The notes beneath the pieces were generated by a model. That model saw only the letters and a list, made by a program, of their open reading frames with translations. It had not been told where the DNA came from and did not search any database. From the NCBI GenBank assembly GCA_007131635.1, contig SLQE01000294.1:1-35610 (forward strand): a stretch of 35,610 bases of DNA, read 5' to 3'. This DNA is from Bacteroidota bacterium (GTDB taxonomy: Bacteria > Bacteroidota > Ignavibacteria > T3Sed10-11). A program made the position numbers and the translations under genes. Below are positions 10,072-19,553 of this stretch, one piece after another. How positions within the stretch are numbered: the stretch's first letter is position 1; every line of letters starts with the position of its first letter.

Positions 10072-10674
10072 CTAATTACTATTTTCACCCAGGTGGAACG
10101 TTTGAAAACGGTTTACCCTGATATTTTCACCAATTTTTGCCGTCGCTTCGTTCAAGAGGTCCTGGACAGTTTTCGTCGAATCTTTAATGAACGATTGTTC
10201 GAGCAGACAAAATTCCTGGTAGAACTTTTCAAGACGCCCCTGTGCAATTTTCTCGGCAATAGTATCGGGTTTACCTTCATTTTTTGCCTGAGTTTTATAT
10301 ATCTCGATTTCTTTTTCCAGCACAGAGCCATCGACGTCTTCCCGGCTCACATAACGGGGATTCATAGCGGCGACCTGCATCGCGATGTCTTTTGCCAAAC
10401 GTTTAAAGTCATCGGTCTTTGCAACGAAATCGGTTTCGCAGTTTAACTCTATTAAGGTACCAACCCGACCGCCTGTATGAATATATGCTTCGATAACTCC
10501 CTGATTTGCAAGTTTATCGGACCTTTTTTGAGCAATGGATGCTCCTTTCTTCCGCAGATAGTCTATTGCTTTATCAAAATCACCGTTTGATTCCTGCAAT
10601 GCTTTTTTACAATCCATCATACCGGCGCCGGTCTTTTCCCTTAACGCCTTTACAGCTTCCGCAGTTATTGCCAT
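10072..10674 (-). CDS. tsf: Elongation factor Ts (short, 200 aa form)
   Basis: LREKTGAGMMDCKKAL and ELNCETDFVAK. Confidence 0.97.
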   Translation of the reverse strand: MAITAEAVKALREKTGAGMMDCKKALQESNGDFDKAIDYLRKKGASIAQKRSDKLANQGVIEAYIHTGGRVGTLIELNCETDFVAKTDDFKRLAKDIAMQVAAMNPRYVSREDVDGSVLEKEIEIYKTQAKNEGKPDTIAEKIAQGRLEKFYQEFCLLEQSFIKDSTKTVQDLLNEATAKIGENIRVNRFQTFHLGENSN

Positions 10675-10708
10675 AATCTCTTTTTACCTCTCTGTTAATG
10701 TAATAGAA

Positions 10709-11500
10709 TCAACCTTTGTCATCAGAACCGGAGTCCGGTTCATCGTCGAAGGAACCCTCTTTTTCTGCTACGGCTTCTTCGACTTCTTCGTCTGTCGGTA
10801 TTTGTTCCTGATCCTTTCGACGAATATTCCCTTCAATGACAGCGTCCGCAACTTTCGATACAATCAGTTGAATGCTTCTTGAAGCATCGTCGTTTGCAGG
10901 CATAATAAAATCTACCAGGTCCGGGTCGCAGTTAGTATCGACGATAGCGAATACCGGGATATTTAATTTATTGGCTTCGCTCACCGCAAGGTGATCTTTT
11001 TTAATGTCAACTATAAAGACCGCACCGGGCAGACGCGACATTTCGACGACACCGCCGAGCACCCGTTGCAACTTTTCTTTCTCGCGCATCAGCATCAGCC
11101 GTTCTTTTTTCGGCAGATTATCGAAGGTACCGTCGGTTTCCATTTTTTCGATGTTCGTATACCTTCTGACGCTCTTCCGTATTGTGCTGAAGTTCGTAAG
11201 CATTCCACCGAGCCAGCGTTCGGTTACATAATATGCGCCGCATCGTTTGGATTCGCTCTCGATTATTTCTTTTGCTTGTTTTTTTGTACCGACGAAAAGA
11301 ATGCCTTTCCCTTCAGCCGCAACATTTGATACCGCATTGCAGGCATCCTCAACGTATACCTGAGTTTTTTTCAGGTCGATTATATGGATACCGTTCTTTT
11401 CCATAAATATGAACGGTTTCATTTTCGGGTTCCATCGGCGTGTGATATGACCGAAGTGTGATCCCGCAGCAAGTAACTCGGTGAGTTCTACTCGCGACAT
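10709..11500 (-). CDS. rpsB: 30S ribosomal protein S2
   Basis: [39 protein letters not shown]; acidic tail. Confidence 0.98.
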   Translation of the reverse strand: MSRVELTELLAAGSHFGHITRRWNPKMKPFIFMEKNGIHIIDLKKTQVYVEDACNAVSNVAAEGKGILFVGTKKQAKEIIESESKRCGAYYVTERWLGGMLTNFSTIRKSVRRYTNIEKMETDGTFDNLPKKERLMLMREKEKLQRVLGGVVEMSRLPGAVFIVDIKKDHLAVSEANKLNIPVFAIVDTNCDPDLVDFIMPANDDASRSIQLIVSKVADAVIEGNIRRKDQEQIPTDEEVEEAVAEKEGSFDDEPDSGSDDKG

Positions 11501-11529
11501 AGTTTTATCCTTTTGATATTTAAGTTATT

Positions 11530-11603
11530 ATTCCTCTACTTTCGTCATCCTTACCGGGAATCCTTCGACAGGACACTCCCCGGACAGTCGGAAAGTATGT
11601 GTT
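11530..11603 (-). ncRNA. S2 (rpsB) autoregulatory leader, t44-like
   Basis: Minus strand ACACA-TACTTTC...CCGGGGAGTGTCC...GGATTCCCGG...GAAAGTA-GAGG: closing stem, inner GGGGAGUG stem, 5' ACAC and 3' GAGG, resembling known rpsB leaders. Confidence 0.72.
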
Positions 11604-11611
11604 TTTTTTTA

Positions 11612-12001
11612 TTAACGTTTGGAGAACTGGAAGCGTTTTCTTGCTTTCGGTTGTCCGTATTTTTTTCGCTCTACCATTCTCGGATCCCTCGTGAACATTC
11701 TTGCTTTTTTCAGCGGATCGTGATAGGTTTCATCGAGACGCAAGAGTGCGCGTGCAATGCCGAGACGGATAGCGCCTGCCTGACCTGACCTGCCGCCGCC
11801 GCGGACATTTGCGACAACGTCGTACTTATCAAGTGCTTCGACTATCTCAAGCGGTCTTAATACGTCCCTTCGCTGGTTTTCGATAGGGAAGTACTGTTCA
11901 AATGTTTTTTTATTTACGGTGACATTCCCCGAACCGGGAATTAAACGGACGCGCGCTACCGACGTCTTTCTGCGCCCGATAAAAATTTGAGGTCTTTGCA
12001 T
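11612..12001 (-). CDS. rpsI: 30S ribosomal protein S9
   Basis: [30 protein letters not shown]-terminal QFSKR. Confidence 0.98.
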   Translation of the reverse strand: MQRPQIFIGRRKTSVARVRLIPGSGNVTVNKKTFEQYFPIENQRRDVLRPLEIVEALDKYDVVANVRGGGRSGQAGAIRLGIARALLRLDETYHDPLKKARMFTRDPRMVERKKYGQPKARKRFQFSKR

Positions 12002-12011
12002 TCAAGCTTCC

Positions 12012-12458
12012 TTATTTTTTTATCTCAAGATTAATTGGTTGCTGAGCTTTGTGCGGATGCTCGGGACCGCGATACACTTTCAGTTTCTTCCTGAGACGTC
12101 GTCCAAGCCGGTTATGGGGCAACATACCTCCTACCGCGTGATGGATAACATACTCCGGCCGTTTATTCATCATTTCTTTAAATGATGTTTCGGTATCCCC
12201 TCCCGGATATCCCGAATATCTGAAATACGTTTTCAGCTCAGGTCTCTTACCGGTTAGTCGTACCTTTTCTGCATTGATGACAATAACGTAGTCCCCGACA
12301 TCCGTATTAGGTGTAAAAACCGGTTTATGCTTCCCTCGTAAAACACGGGCGATTTCGGTCGCTATCCGACCGAGCACCTTTCCTTCGGCATCAACAACAT
12401 ACCATTTTTTGTCTGCTTCGGTGTCTTTAATAAATTTTGTAATTTTTCCGCTATCCAC
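12012..12458 (-). CDS. rplM: 50S ribosomal protein L13
   Basis: [37 protein letters not shown]; GTG start with GGAGG RBS. Confidence 0.98.
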   Translation of the reverse strand: MDSGKITKFIKDTEADKKWYVVDAEGKVLGRIATEIARVLRGKHKPVFTPNTDVGDYVIVINAEKVRLTGKRPELKTYFRYSGYPGGDTETSFKEMMNKRPEYVIHHAVGGMLPHNRLGRRLRKKLKVYRGPEHPHKAQQPINLEIKK

Positions 12459-12515
12459 TGAGTTTTTTCCTCCGGCGGGTTGTAATTTTGGTTTCTAAAA
12501 ATTATTCAAGCAATA

Positions 12516-12544
12516 AATTTACTGATTATTTGATAAAAAGTCAA
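12516..12544 (-). promoter_or_regulatory. sigma70 promoter of rplM operon
   Basis: TTGACT-N17-TAAATT on minus strand, 57 nt upstream of rplM. Confidence 0.65.
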
Positions 12545-12628
12545 ATATTCAGATTTTTTGCAGTTCTGTTTTTGACTCCGGAGATTCCTTCTCATATCAT
12601 ATAAATCGAACTGTCGCTAAGAAATTCT

Positions 12629-13900
12629 TTACAGCAAAGTCACGATCGGATTTTCGAGCATACGTTTAAAATCACGGAGGAATTCCGCACCGACTGCCCC
12701 ATCGACGACCCTGTGGTCGCAGGACATTGTAACGCGCATAGTTTTACCGACTACCACGATACCGTTCCTGACAACCGGTTTTTCCACGATCGCGCCGGTA
12801 GCGAGTATGGCACCCTCTGGCGGATTAATAATAGCCGAAAATTCTTCTATATCAAACATGCCAAGATTACTTATAGTAATACTGCCGCCTTCGTATTCTT
12901 CCGGCTTTAGTTTTTTATTTCTCGCTCGTTCCGCGTAGTCTTTTGCTTCTTTTGATATCTGAATAATTCCCTTTCTGTCGCAACTGCGGATCACCGGCGT
13001 GATTAGTCCGTCTTCGAGTGCAACGGCCAGTCCGATATGTATCTGTCCTCGCCGTTTAATACTGTCTCCTGCCCAGTATGAATTAACTTTCGGATGTTTG
13101 AGCAAGGCATGTGCGGTCAGCTTGATCATTATGTCAGTAAAGCTGACTTTCGCTTCCTTCTGCATTTCGTTCACGCGACTACGCATTTCGACGATGTTTG
13201 TCATATCGACTTCGACGGTCAGATAGAAATGCGGGACGGACGTTTTGCTTTCAACCATCCTGCGGGCAATAGCTTTACGCATACCGGTAAGCTCGATGGT
13301 TTCAGCGACCGGCTCATCAATCGCGTATGATGGTGCCTCTTCTTTCCCGACACCCTTCTCGAGAGCTGCCTCAATATCTCTTTTTATAATTCTGCCTTCC
13401 GGTCCGGTTCCGCTGAGAGCTTTCAGATCGACTCCATGATCATCCGCCATTTTGCGGGCAAGCGGTGAGGCTTTGACTCTGCCGTCCCTGCCCGGAGCCG
13501 GTTTTTCTTCAGACTCTTTTATCTCCGGTGTATCCTGTTTTCTCTCGGTAGTATCTGCTTTTTCTTTATCTTCTTTTTGTTCTTTTTCTTCTTTTTCCGG
13601 TTTATCAGGTTTTTTATCTTTCTTACTGTCGTCCTCCCCGGAAAGATCGTCGACTTTCTCACCTTCTTCACCTATGACAGCTATCACCGCACCGACTGCA
13701 GCTCCCTTCCCTTCCGGCACAACAATTTTCAACAATGTACCGCTATCAAAGGCTTCAAGTTCCATGTCAGCTTTATCGCTTTCAACTTCAGCGATCACCT
13801 CACCCTGTTCTACCTGTTCTCCTTCTTTTTTCAGCCACTTCAGGATCTTTCCCTCTTCCATTGTGTCGCTGAGTTTCGGCATTTGTACTTTTATTGCCAT
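12629..13900 (-). CDS. pdhC: Pyruvate dehydrogenase E2 (dihydrolipoamide acetyltransferase)
   Basis: MPKLSDTMEEG, lipoyl motif ESDKA, subunit-binding ASPLARK, catalytic DHRVVDG. Confidence 0.92.
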   Translation of the reverse strand: MAIKVQMPKLSDTMEEGKILKWLKKEGEQVEQGEVIAEVESDKADMELEAFDSGTLLKIVVPEGKGAAVGAVIAVIGEEGEKVDDLSGEDDSKKDKKPDKPEKEEKEQKEDKEKADTTERKQDTPEIKESEEKPAPGRDGRVKASPLARKMADDHGVDLKALSGTGPEGRIIKRDIEAALEKGVGKEEAPSYAIDEPVAETIELTGMRKAIARRMVESKTSVPHFYLTVEVDMTNIVEMRSRVNEMQKEAKVSFTDIMIKLTAHALLKHPKVNSYWAGDSIKRRGQIHIGLAVALEDGLITPVIRSCDRKGIIQISKEAKDYAERARNKKLKPEEYEGGSITISNLGMFDIEEFSAIINPPEGAILATGAIVEKPVVRNGIVVVGKTMRVTMSCDHRVVDGAVGAEFLRDFKRMLENPIVTLL

Positions 13901-13908
13901 TCGTTACC

Positions 13909-14892
13909 TCATTCTTCTATATAGAGTACTTTTTTAATTGCTTTTTTAACACGCTCGACGTTCGGGAGCGATGCTTTTTCTAAATTTGCGGCATACGGCA
14001 TTGGTACATCCGCCTGGTTGACCCGTTCTATCGGTGCATCAAGATAATCGAATGCTTTTTGATGAACCCGTGTTATTATTTCGGAGCTGACGCTTGCAAA
14101 AGGCCACCCCTCTTCAACGACTACGAGTCTGTTTGTCTTCTTTACCGATTCGATTATTTTTGAATCGTCGAGCGGCCGGATCGTTCTGGGATCAATGATC
14201 TCCACATCTATGTCTTCTTCCTTTAATTCATCTGCGGCCTTTTGAACGATATAATACATTTTCGACCAGGTAACCACAGTGACGTCTTTTCCTTCCCGTT
14301 TGACATCGCTCACGCCGATGGGGATGGTATATTCCTCTTCAGGCACTTCACCTTTCTGTCCGTACATTACTTCGCTCTCGAGAAAGATCACCGGGTTATC
14401 GTCCCGGATTGCCGATTTCAGCAAACCTTTTGCATCGGCGGGTGTAGAGGGTGCAATGACATATAAACCCGGAACATGTGAATAAAAAGATTCAAATGAC
14501 TGCGAGTGGGTAGCGGCAAGTCCGTGTGCTGCACCGTTCGGACCGCGGATAACCATCGGTACCTTGAACTGTCCGCCTGACATATATCGCATCTTCGCGG
14601 CATTATTAAATATCTGATCCATTGCGAGAATCGAGAAATTAAATGTCATCATTTCAACAATCGGTCGTAATCCAACCATTGCAGCACCGATACCGATTCC
14701 GGTAAAACTGGCTTCTACGATCGGTGTATCGATAACCCGTTTCTCGCCGAATCGCTGCAGTAAACCTGCCGTAACTTTATATGCTCCCTGGTAGACACCA
14801 ACCTCCTCACCCATTATAAAAACATTTTCGTCGCGTTCCATCTCTTCAGCCATCGCCTGATTTAAGGCTTCACGCCATGTAATAATTGCCAT
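13909..14892 (-). CDS. pdhB: Pyruvate dehydrogenase E1 beta
   Basis: MGEEVGVYQGAYKVT, DTPIVE, EMMTFNF, RGPNG, HSQ, VPMPYA. Confidence 0.93.
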   Translation of the reverse strand: MAIITWREALNQAMAEEMERDENVFIMGEEVGVYQGAYKVTAGLLQRFGEKRVIDTPIVEASFTGIGIGAAMVGLRPIVEMMTFNFSILAMDQIFNNAAKMRYMSGGQFKVPMVIRGPNGAAHGLAATHSQSFESFYSHVPGLYVIAPSTPADAKGLLKSAIRDDNPVIFLESEVMYGQKGEVPEEEYTIPIGVSDVKREGKDVTVVTWSKMYYIVQKAADELKEEDIDVEIIDPRTIRPLDDSKIIESVKKTNRLVVVEEGWPFASVSSEIITRVHQKAFDYLDAPIERVNQADVPMPYAANLEKASLPNVERVKKAIKKVLYIEE

Positions 14893-14929
14893 TCTTTTGT
14901 TGTCTCCTTACTAAACTATCGGTTCAATA

Positions 14930-16003
14930 TTATTCTACAATAACGTCTGTATATAAATCTTCGAGCGGCGGCTCTTCGCTCTTCTCGGCAAACTCGATGG
15001 ACTCGTTGACAATCTTTTTGATCTCATCGTCCATTTCTTTCATTTGCTCTTCGCTGAAGATATTTTCTTTTTTGAGAAGTTCACCGAAGTTGATGATTGG
15101 ATCCTTCGCTTTCATCTCTTCAACCTCTTCTTTGGTCCGGTAATGACCGTGAATCGGATCGGACATCGAGTGACCGCGGAATCGATACGTTCGTGCTTCA
15201 AGAAATGTCGGGATATGTTCATAACGCGCCCGGTCAACCGCTTCTTTTGTTTTTCTGTACATATCGAGAACATCCATGCCGTCAACAACATCGCGGGGCA
15301 TATTGTATGCCGACGCCCGTTCATATATATCCCACACGGCAAACGCACGTTCAAATGCGGTTCCCATACCGTACCGGTTGTTTTCACAGATGTACACTAC
15401 CGGAAGTTTCCAGAGTGCAGCCATATTCAGAGTTTCATGAAAGACACCCTGATTCGCGGCCGCTTCACCAAAGAAACAAACGGTCACATCCTGCTCGGCT
15501 TTATATTTCGAACCGAATGCAAATCCGGCGGCAAGCGGAATATGACCGCCCACGATTGCGTGGCCGCCCATCATCCGTTTTTCGGCATCGAAGAGGTGCA
15601 TCGAACCTCCTTTACCACGCGAGCAGCCCGTGACTTTACCAAACAACTCGGCCATCACTTCGTTCGCGGTGATCCCTTTCACCAGTGCATGACCGTGATC
15701 GCGGTATGCGGTAAGCATATAATCCGTTTCATGCATCGCGGCATTCGCACCGACGGCAACCGCTTCCTGGCCGTTATAAAGATGGCAGAATCCCATGATC
15801 TTTTCCATTCCGTACATTTGCGCGGCTTTTTCTTCAAAGCGCCTGATAAGAAGCATCTGGCGGTATATCTGAATTAACTTTTCTTCCGACAAGTCAAGCC
15901 CTTCTAACGGTGCCTTCTGATTGGTGAGCGTCTTCTTGATTGCTTTATCAAATGTTTTATTTGCTTTACTCTGTTTCTTTTTTGGTGCAGCAGATTTTGC
16001 CAT
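14930..16003 (-). CDS. pdhA: Pyruvate dehydrogenase E1 alpha
   Basis: GFCHLYNGQEA, YRDHG, GKGGSMH, ThDP motif GEAA...ENN, TYRFRGHSMSDP. Confidence 0.93.
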   Translation of the reverse strand: MAKSAAPKKKQSKANKTFDKAIKKTLTNQKAPLEGLDLSEEKLIQIYRQMLLIRRFEEKAAQMYGMEKIMGFCHLYNGQEAVAVGANAAMHETDYMLTAYRDHGHALVKGITANEVMAELFGKVTGCSRGKGGSMHLFDAEKRMMGGHAIVGGHIPLAAGFAFGSKYKAEQDVTVCFFGEAAANQGVFHETLNMAALWKLPVVYICENNRYGMGTAFERAFAVWDIYERASAYNMPRDVVDGMDVLDMYRKTKEAVDRARYEHIPTFLEARTYRFRGHSMSDPIHGHYRTKEEVEEMKAKDPIINFGELLKKENIFSEEQMKEMDDEIKKIVNESIEFAEKSEEPPLEDLYTDVIVE

Positions 16004-16050
16004 TCGGTTCTCCTGTCTATAAGTAATTGTCTTTCTATAAAAAAATATTA

Positions 16051-16932
16051 TTAAACGTGTTTCTCCGCATGATAGGAACTGCGTACTAGCGGACCTGATT
16101 CTACATGTCTGAAACCCATCGTGTGTCCCTCCTGACGGTACATCGCGAACTCGTCGGGATGAACGAATCTCTCGATGGGGAGATGATTTTTCGTCGGCTG
16201 AAGATACTGCCCGATAGTCAGGATGTCACATTCGACTTCCCGGAGATCATGCATAACCTGCAACACTTCATCCGGCTCCTCACCGATGCCAACCATCATC
16301 CCGCTCTTTGTTAAAAAACCGCGCTTCTTTGCACGATGCAACAATTCAAGCGACTGCGGGTATTTTGCCTGGGGTCGGACAATACGGTAAATACGAGGAA
16401 CAGTTTCTACATTATGATTAAGTACATCGGGTCTCGCATCGAGGACAATATTCAATGCATTTTCCGATCCTTTAAAATCGGGTATCAGCACTTCGATCTT
16501 GCAGTCGGGGATATCTTTCCGTATTAATCTGATACATTCGGCGAATATCGGTGCGCCGCCGTCCTTCCGTTCATCACGGTTCACCGATGTGATAACCGTA
16601 TGCCGTAGACCCATTTTCTTTACAGCATCCGCTACACGCCGCGGTTCATCCCAATCAAGCGCTCCGGGTCGTCCGGTTTTCACCGCGCAGAACCCGCAAC
16701 TTCGCGTACACGTATCGCCGAGAATCATAAATGTGGCCGTACCCGCACTCCAGCACTCTCCCATATTCGGACAACGGGCCTCCTCACACACCGTATGCAG
16801 GCGCTGCTGTCCGATGAGGTCTTTTATTGTCTTATATTGTTCCCCGCCCGGTACACGGACTTTGAGCCATTCCGGCCGCCGCCGCTTGGGTTCGGTTTCG
16901 TGGAGGGGAGATTCCTGTATTATGTAAGCCAT
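16051..16932 (-). CDS. lipA: Lipoyl synthase
   Basis: [12 protein letters not shown], radical [12 protein letters not shown]-terminal RSSY. Confidence 0.97.
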   Translation of the reverse strand: MAYIIQESPLHETEPKRRRPEWLKVRVPGGEQYKTIKDLIGQQRLHTVCEEARCPNMGECWSAGTATFMILGDTCTRSCGFCAVKTGRPGALDWDEPRRVADAVKKMGLRHTVITSVNRDERKDGGAPIFAECIRLIRKDIPDCKIEVLIPDFKGSENALNIVLDARPDVLNHNVETVPRIYRIVRPQAKYPQSLELLHRAKKRGFLTKSGMMVGIGEEPDEVLQVMHDLREVECDILTIGQYLQPTKNHLPIERFVHPDEFAMYRQEGHTMGFRHVESGPLVRSSYHAEKHV

Positions 16933-16970
16933 ATTGTATCTTTCTCTGCTAACTCAAATCTGTTTAATTG

Positions 16971-17219
16971 TTGTTAATGGTATAATGGATTAGGAATCGG
17001 TTATCGGTTATTGGTTATTTGTTAATGGTCGGTTATTCAACCATTAACAAGTAACCGATTACTACTCATTGGTAAAACGTTCTCTAAAAGCCAATTGGTG
17101 CGAACCATTAACCATTAACTAATAACCAATAACTGCTTAATAACCGATAACTACTTCGTTCTCTGCAAGCAAATGGCTGCGAACCATTAATTAACCATGA
17201 ATAAATAACCGATAACTGT
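16971..17219. repeat. Degenerate heptamer (GGTTATY / RATAACC) array with inverted and direct repeat architecture
   Basis: G-rich arm 16971-17037 (GGTTATC GGTTATT GGTTATT TGTTAAT GGT), then three complementary C-rich blocks (about 17039-17065, 17103-17155, 17182-17219) separated by two copies of a 34 nt unit (17078-17111, 17157-17190; 5 mismatches). Confidence 0.85.
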
Positions 17220-18491
17220 TTAAATACTTTGCTTATCGTCAAAGTTTTCCAGATTCCGTACAACTGTCTGGAGGAACATACCGCCAAGCGCACCGTCGAT
17301 AAGGCGGTGATCGTACGACATACTGATATAGACCATCGGTTTAATGGCTATCATATCGTCGATGACAACCGGTCGTTTTTTAATTACACCGACACCGAGA
17401 ATTGCTAGCTGCGGCTGGCTGATGATCGGGGTTCCCCACAGGTTGCCGAATATACCCGGGTTGGTAATCGTAAACGTACCTCCCTGCACTTCGTCGGGGA
17501 CGAGCTTTTTATTACGTGCCCTGACCGCAAGGTCCTGTACCGCACGGGCCAAACCGGTTAGATTTTTCTCATCTGCATGTTTGATTACCGGAACGATTAA
17601 TCCGTTTTCCAACGCTACCGCCACACCAATATTAATGAATTTTTTCATTAATATCTTATCACCGTCGATCGATGCATTCATGAGCGGATATTTTTTTAAG
17701 GCCTTCACAACCGCATCTACCATGAATGGTGTGTACGTCAGCTTAAACCCTTCCCGTTTCTCGAAAGCATTTTTATGCTTCTCGCGGAAAGTAAAAATAC
17801 GGGACATATCTGCTTCCGTAACAGAACTGACATGCGGCGATGTCTTCACACTTTGTACCATATGCTCGGCAATCTTCTTCCGCATGGCGTCCATCTGCAC
17901 AACCTCTACGCCGCCGCGCGACACTTCAACATGCGGTGCAGCGAAAGCTTCAACCGGTTTTTCTTCTGTCTTTCCGGCTTTCTTATCCTCGATATATTTG
18001 AGAATATCTTTTTTCGTTACCCTTCCGCCGGCACCCGTACCCGGGACATTCTCCAGCTCGCCCATACTAACGCTTTCTTTTCGGGCAATATTCAATACCA
18101 GTGGTGAAAAAAACCTGTCTTTTGGTTTCTCCTGCTCCGGGGATGATTTTTCCGTGACCGGGGCCGGTTCCGTTTTTTCCTCGGACGGTTGTGGCTCTGC
18201 CGATTCCGCGGTTGCATCTTTTTCCGGCTCCTTGACCGCCTCGCCGTCGCCTTCGGATTCGATATGTGCTATAACCGTGTGGACTTCAACAGTTTCGTTC
18301 TCATTCACCAGTATTTTCTTTAAAATACCTTTCGATGGTGACGGAATTTCCGAATCAACCTTATCGGTGCTGATCTCCAGCAGCGTTTCATCTTTTTTCA
18401 CCGGATCACCGACTTTTTTATGCCATTTTACGATCGTTCCTTCGGCAATGCTCTCACCCATTTGGGGCATAATAACTTCAATGGTAGCCAT
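17220..18491 (-). CDS. 2-oxoacid dehydrogenase E2 (dihydrolipoamide acyltransferase, BkdB/DlaT-like)
   Basis: MPQMGESIAEGT, lipoyl STDKVDSE, FFSPLVLNIA...GTGAGGRVTKKD, catalytic DHRLIDG. Confidence 0.9.
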   Translation of the reverse strand: MATIEVIMPQMGESIAEGTIVKWHKKVGDPVKKDETLLEISTDKVDSEIPSPSKGILKKILVNENETVEVHTVIAHIESEGDGEAVKEPEKDATAESAEPQPSEEKTEPAPVTEKSSPEQEKPKDRFFSPLVLNIARKESVSMGELENVPGTGAGGRVTKKDILKYIEDKKAGKTEEKPVEAFAAPHVEVSRGGVEVVQMDAMRKKIAEHMVQSVKTSPHVSSVTEADMSRIFTFREKHKNAFEKREGFKLTYTPFMVDAVVKALKKYPLMNASIDGDKILMKKFINIGVAVALENGLIVPVIKHADEKNLTGLARAVQDLAVRARNKKLVPDEVQGGTFTITNPGIFGNLWGTPIISQPQLAILGVGVIKKRPVVIDDMIAIKPMVYISMSYDHRLIDGALGGMFLQTVVRNLENFDDKQSI

Positions 18492-18573
18492 ATTTTTGAT
18501 TTTTCATTTATTATTGATTATTTCTTATTATATCAGATGAAAATAATTCATCAAAAAAATATAATTACTGTTC

Positions 18574-19551
18574 TTAATATTCCAACAATTCCTTCAGATT
18601 TTTTAGGACCTTATCCTTACCCGGTAAAAATTCTGTTTCGAGGGTTGGTGCATAGGGTACGGGCGTATCGCACGCTCCCAGCCGCCGAACGGGTGCATCG
18701 AGGTATTCAAATGCGTTTTCGTTAATGAACGCCGCGATCTCACCGCCGATCCCACCTGTTAGTGTATCCTCATGTAAAATCAGCACTTTATTTGTTCTTT
18801 TCACGCTTTGCAGTATGGCTTCCTTATCGAACGGCATCAACGATCTGAGATCCAGTACTTCAACATCGTATTCATCGCTGCCGGCAATATCCTGTGCTGC
18901 ATCCAGTGCAACGTGTACCGTTGGCCCGTAGGTGATGATTGTTGCATCATTCCCCTTGCGTTTCACATCGGCTTTCCCTATCGGTACCACATAATCTTCG
19001 GACGGCACCTCGCCTTTGATTCGCCGATATAAATATTTGTATTCAAAAAACAGCACCGGATCGGGATCCCGGATAGCAGCTTTCAGCAATCCTTTTGCGT
19101 CGTACGGTGTTGACGGCGCAACGAGTTTCAAACCGGGCTGATGGAAAAACCACGCTTCAGGATTTCGTGAATGGAAGGGTCCTCCGTGAATATTTCCCCC
19201 TGAAGGCAATCGTACGACCATCGGTACCGGGAGACCCCATCTGTAATGGATCGATGCGGTATTGTTCACCAATTGATTAAAACCGCAGGTGACAAAATCC
19301 GCAAATTGCATTTCCGCGACGGGACGCATACCGACGATTGCGGCACCCGTTGCCGCACCTATGATTGCCGCTTCCGCCAAAACCGTGTCGATGACACGCT
19401 CTTCACCGAATTTTTCAAGAAATCCTTTTGTAACTTTAAACGCACCGCCGTACACACCGATATCCTCGCCGAGCAGGAACACTTCTTTGTCACGCTCCAT
19501 TTCTTCCCACAGTGCCGCGGAAATAGCTTCTATGTATGGTTGTACCGGCAT
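18574..19551 (-). CDS. 2-oxoacid dehydrogenase E1 beta, substrate uncertain
   Basis: LLGEDIGVYGGAFKVT, EMQFADF, GGPFHS, TPYDAKGLL. Confidence 0.88.
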   Translation of the reverse strand: MPVQPYIEAISAALWEEMERDKEVFLLGEDIGVYGGAFKVTKGFLEKFGEERVIDTVLAEAAIIGAATGAAIVGMRPVAEMQFADFVTCGFNQLVNNTASIHYRWGLPVPMVVRLPSGGNIHGGPFHSRNPEAWFFHQPGLKLVAPSTPYDAKGLLKAAIRDPDPVLFFEYKYLYRRIKGEVPSEDYVVPIGKADVKRKGNDATIITYGPTVHVALDAAQDIAGSDEYDVEVLDLRSLMPFDKEAILQSVKRTNKVLILHEDTLTGGIGGEIAAFINENAFEYLDAPVRRLGACDTPVPYAPTLETEFLPGKDKVLKNLKELLEY

Positions 19552-19553
19552 AA

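Noticed and set aside
13500-13640. Low-complexity pyrimidine-rich tract
   Set aside because: Encodes the Lys/Glu-rich flexible linker of PdhC.
15044-15877. 277 aa plus-strand ORF and similar short antisense ORFs elsewhere
   Set aside because: Lie opposite conserved housekeeping genes and carry no recognisable domains.
17078-17219. CRISPR mini-array (GTTC...GAAC repeats)
   Set aside because: Only two copies with 5 mismatches, the spacers are themselves heptamer repeats, and there are no cas genes in the window.
17108-17293. 61 aa ORF running into the repeat region
   Set aside because: Overlaps the E2 3' end out of frame; the peptide is the translation of heptamer repeats.
17344-18540. 398 aa plus-strand ORF
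   Set aside because: Antisense shadow of the E2 gene, Ser/Phe-rich with no recognisable motif.
18492-18573. AT-rich imperfect inverted repeats between E1 beta and E2
   Set aside because: Expected by chance at this AT content; no stable GC stem.
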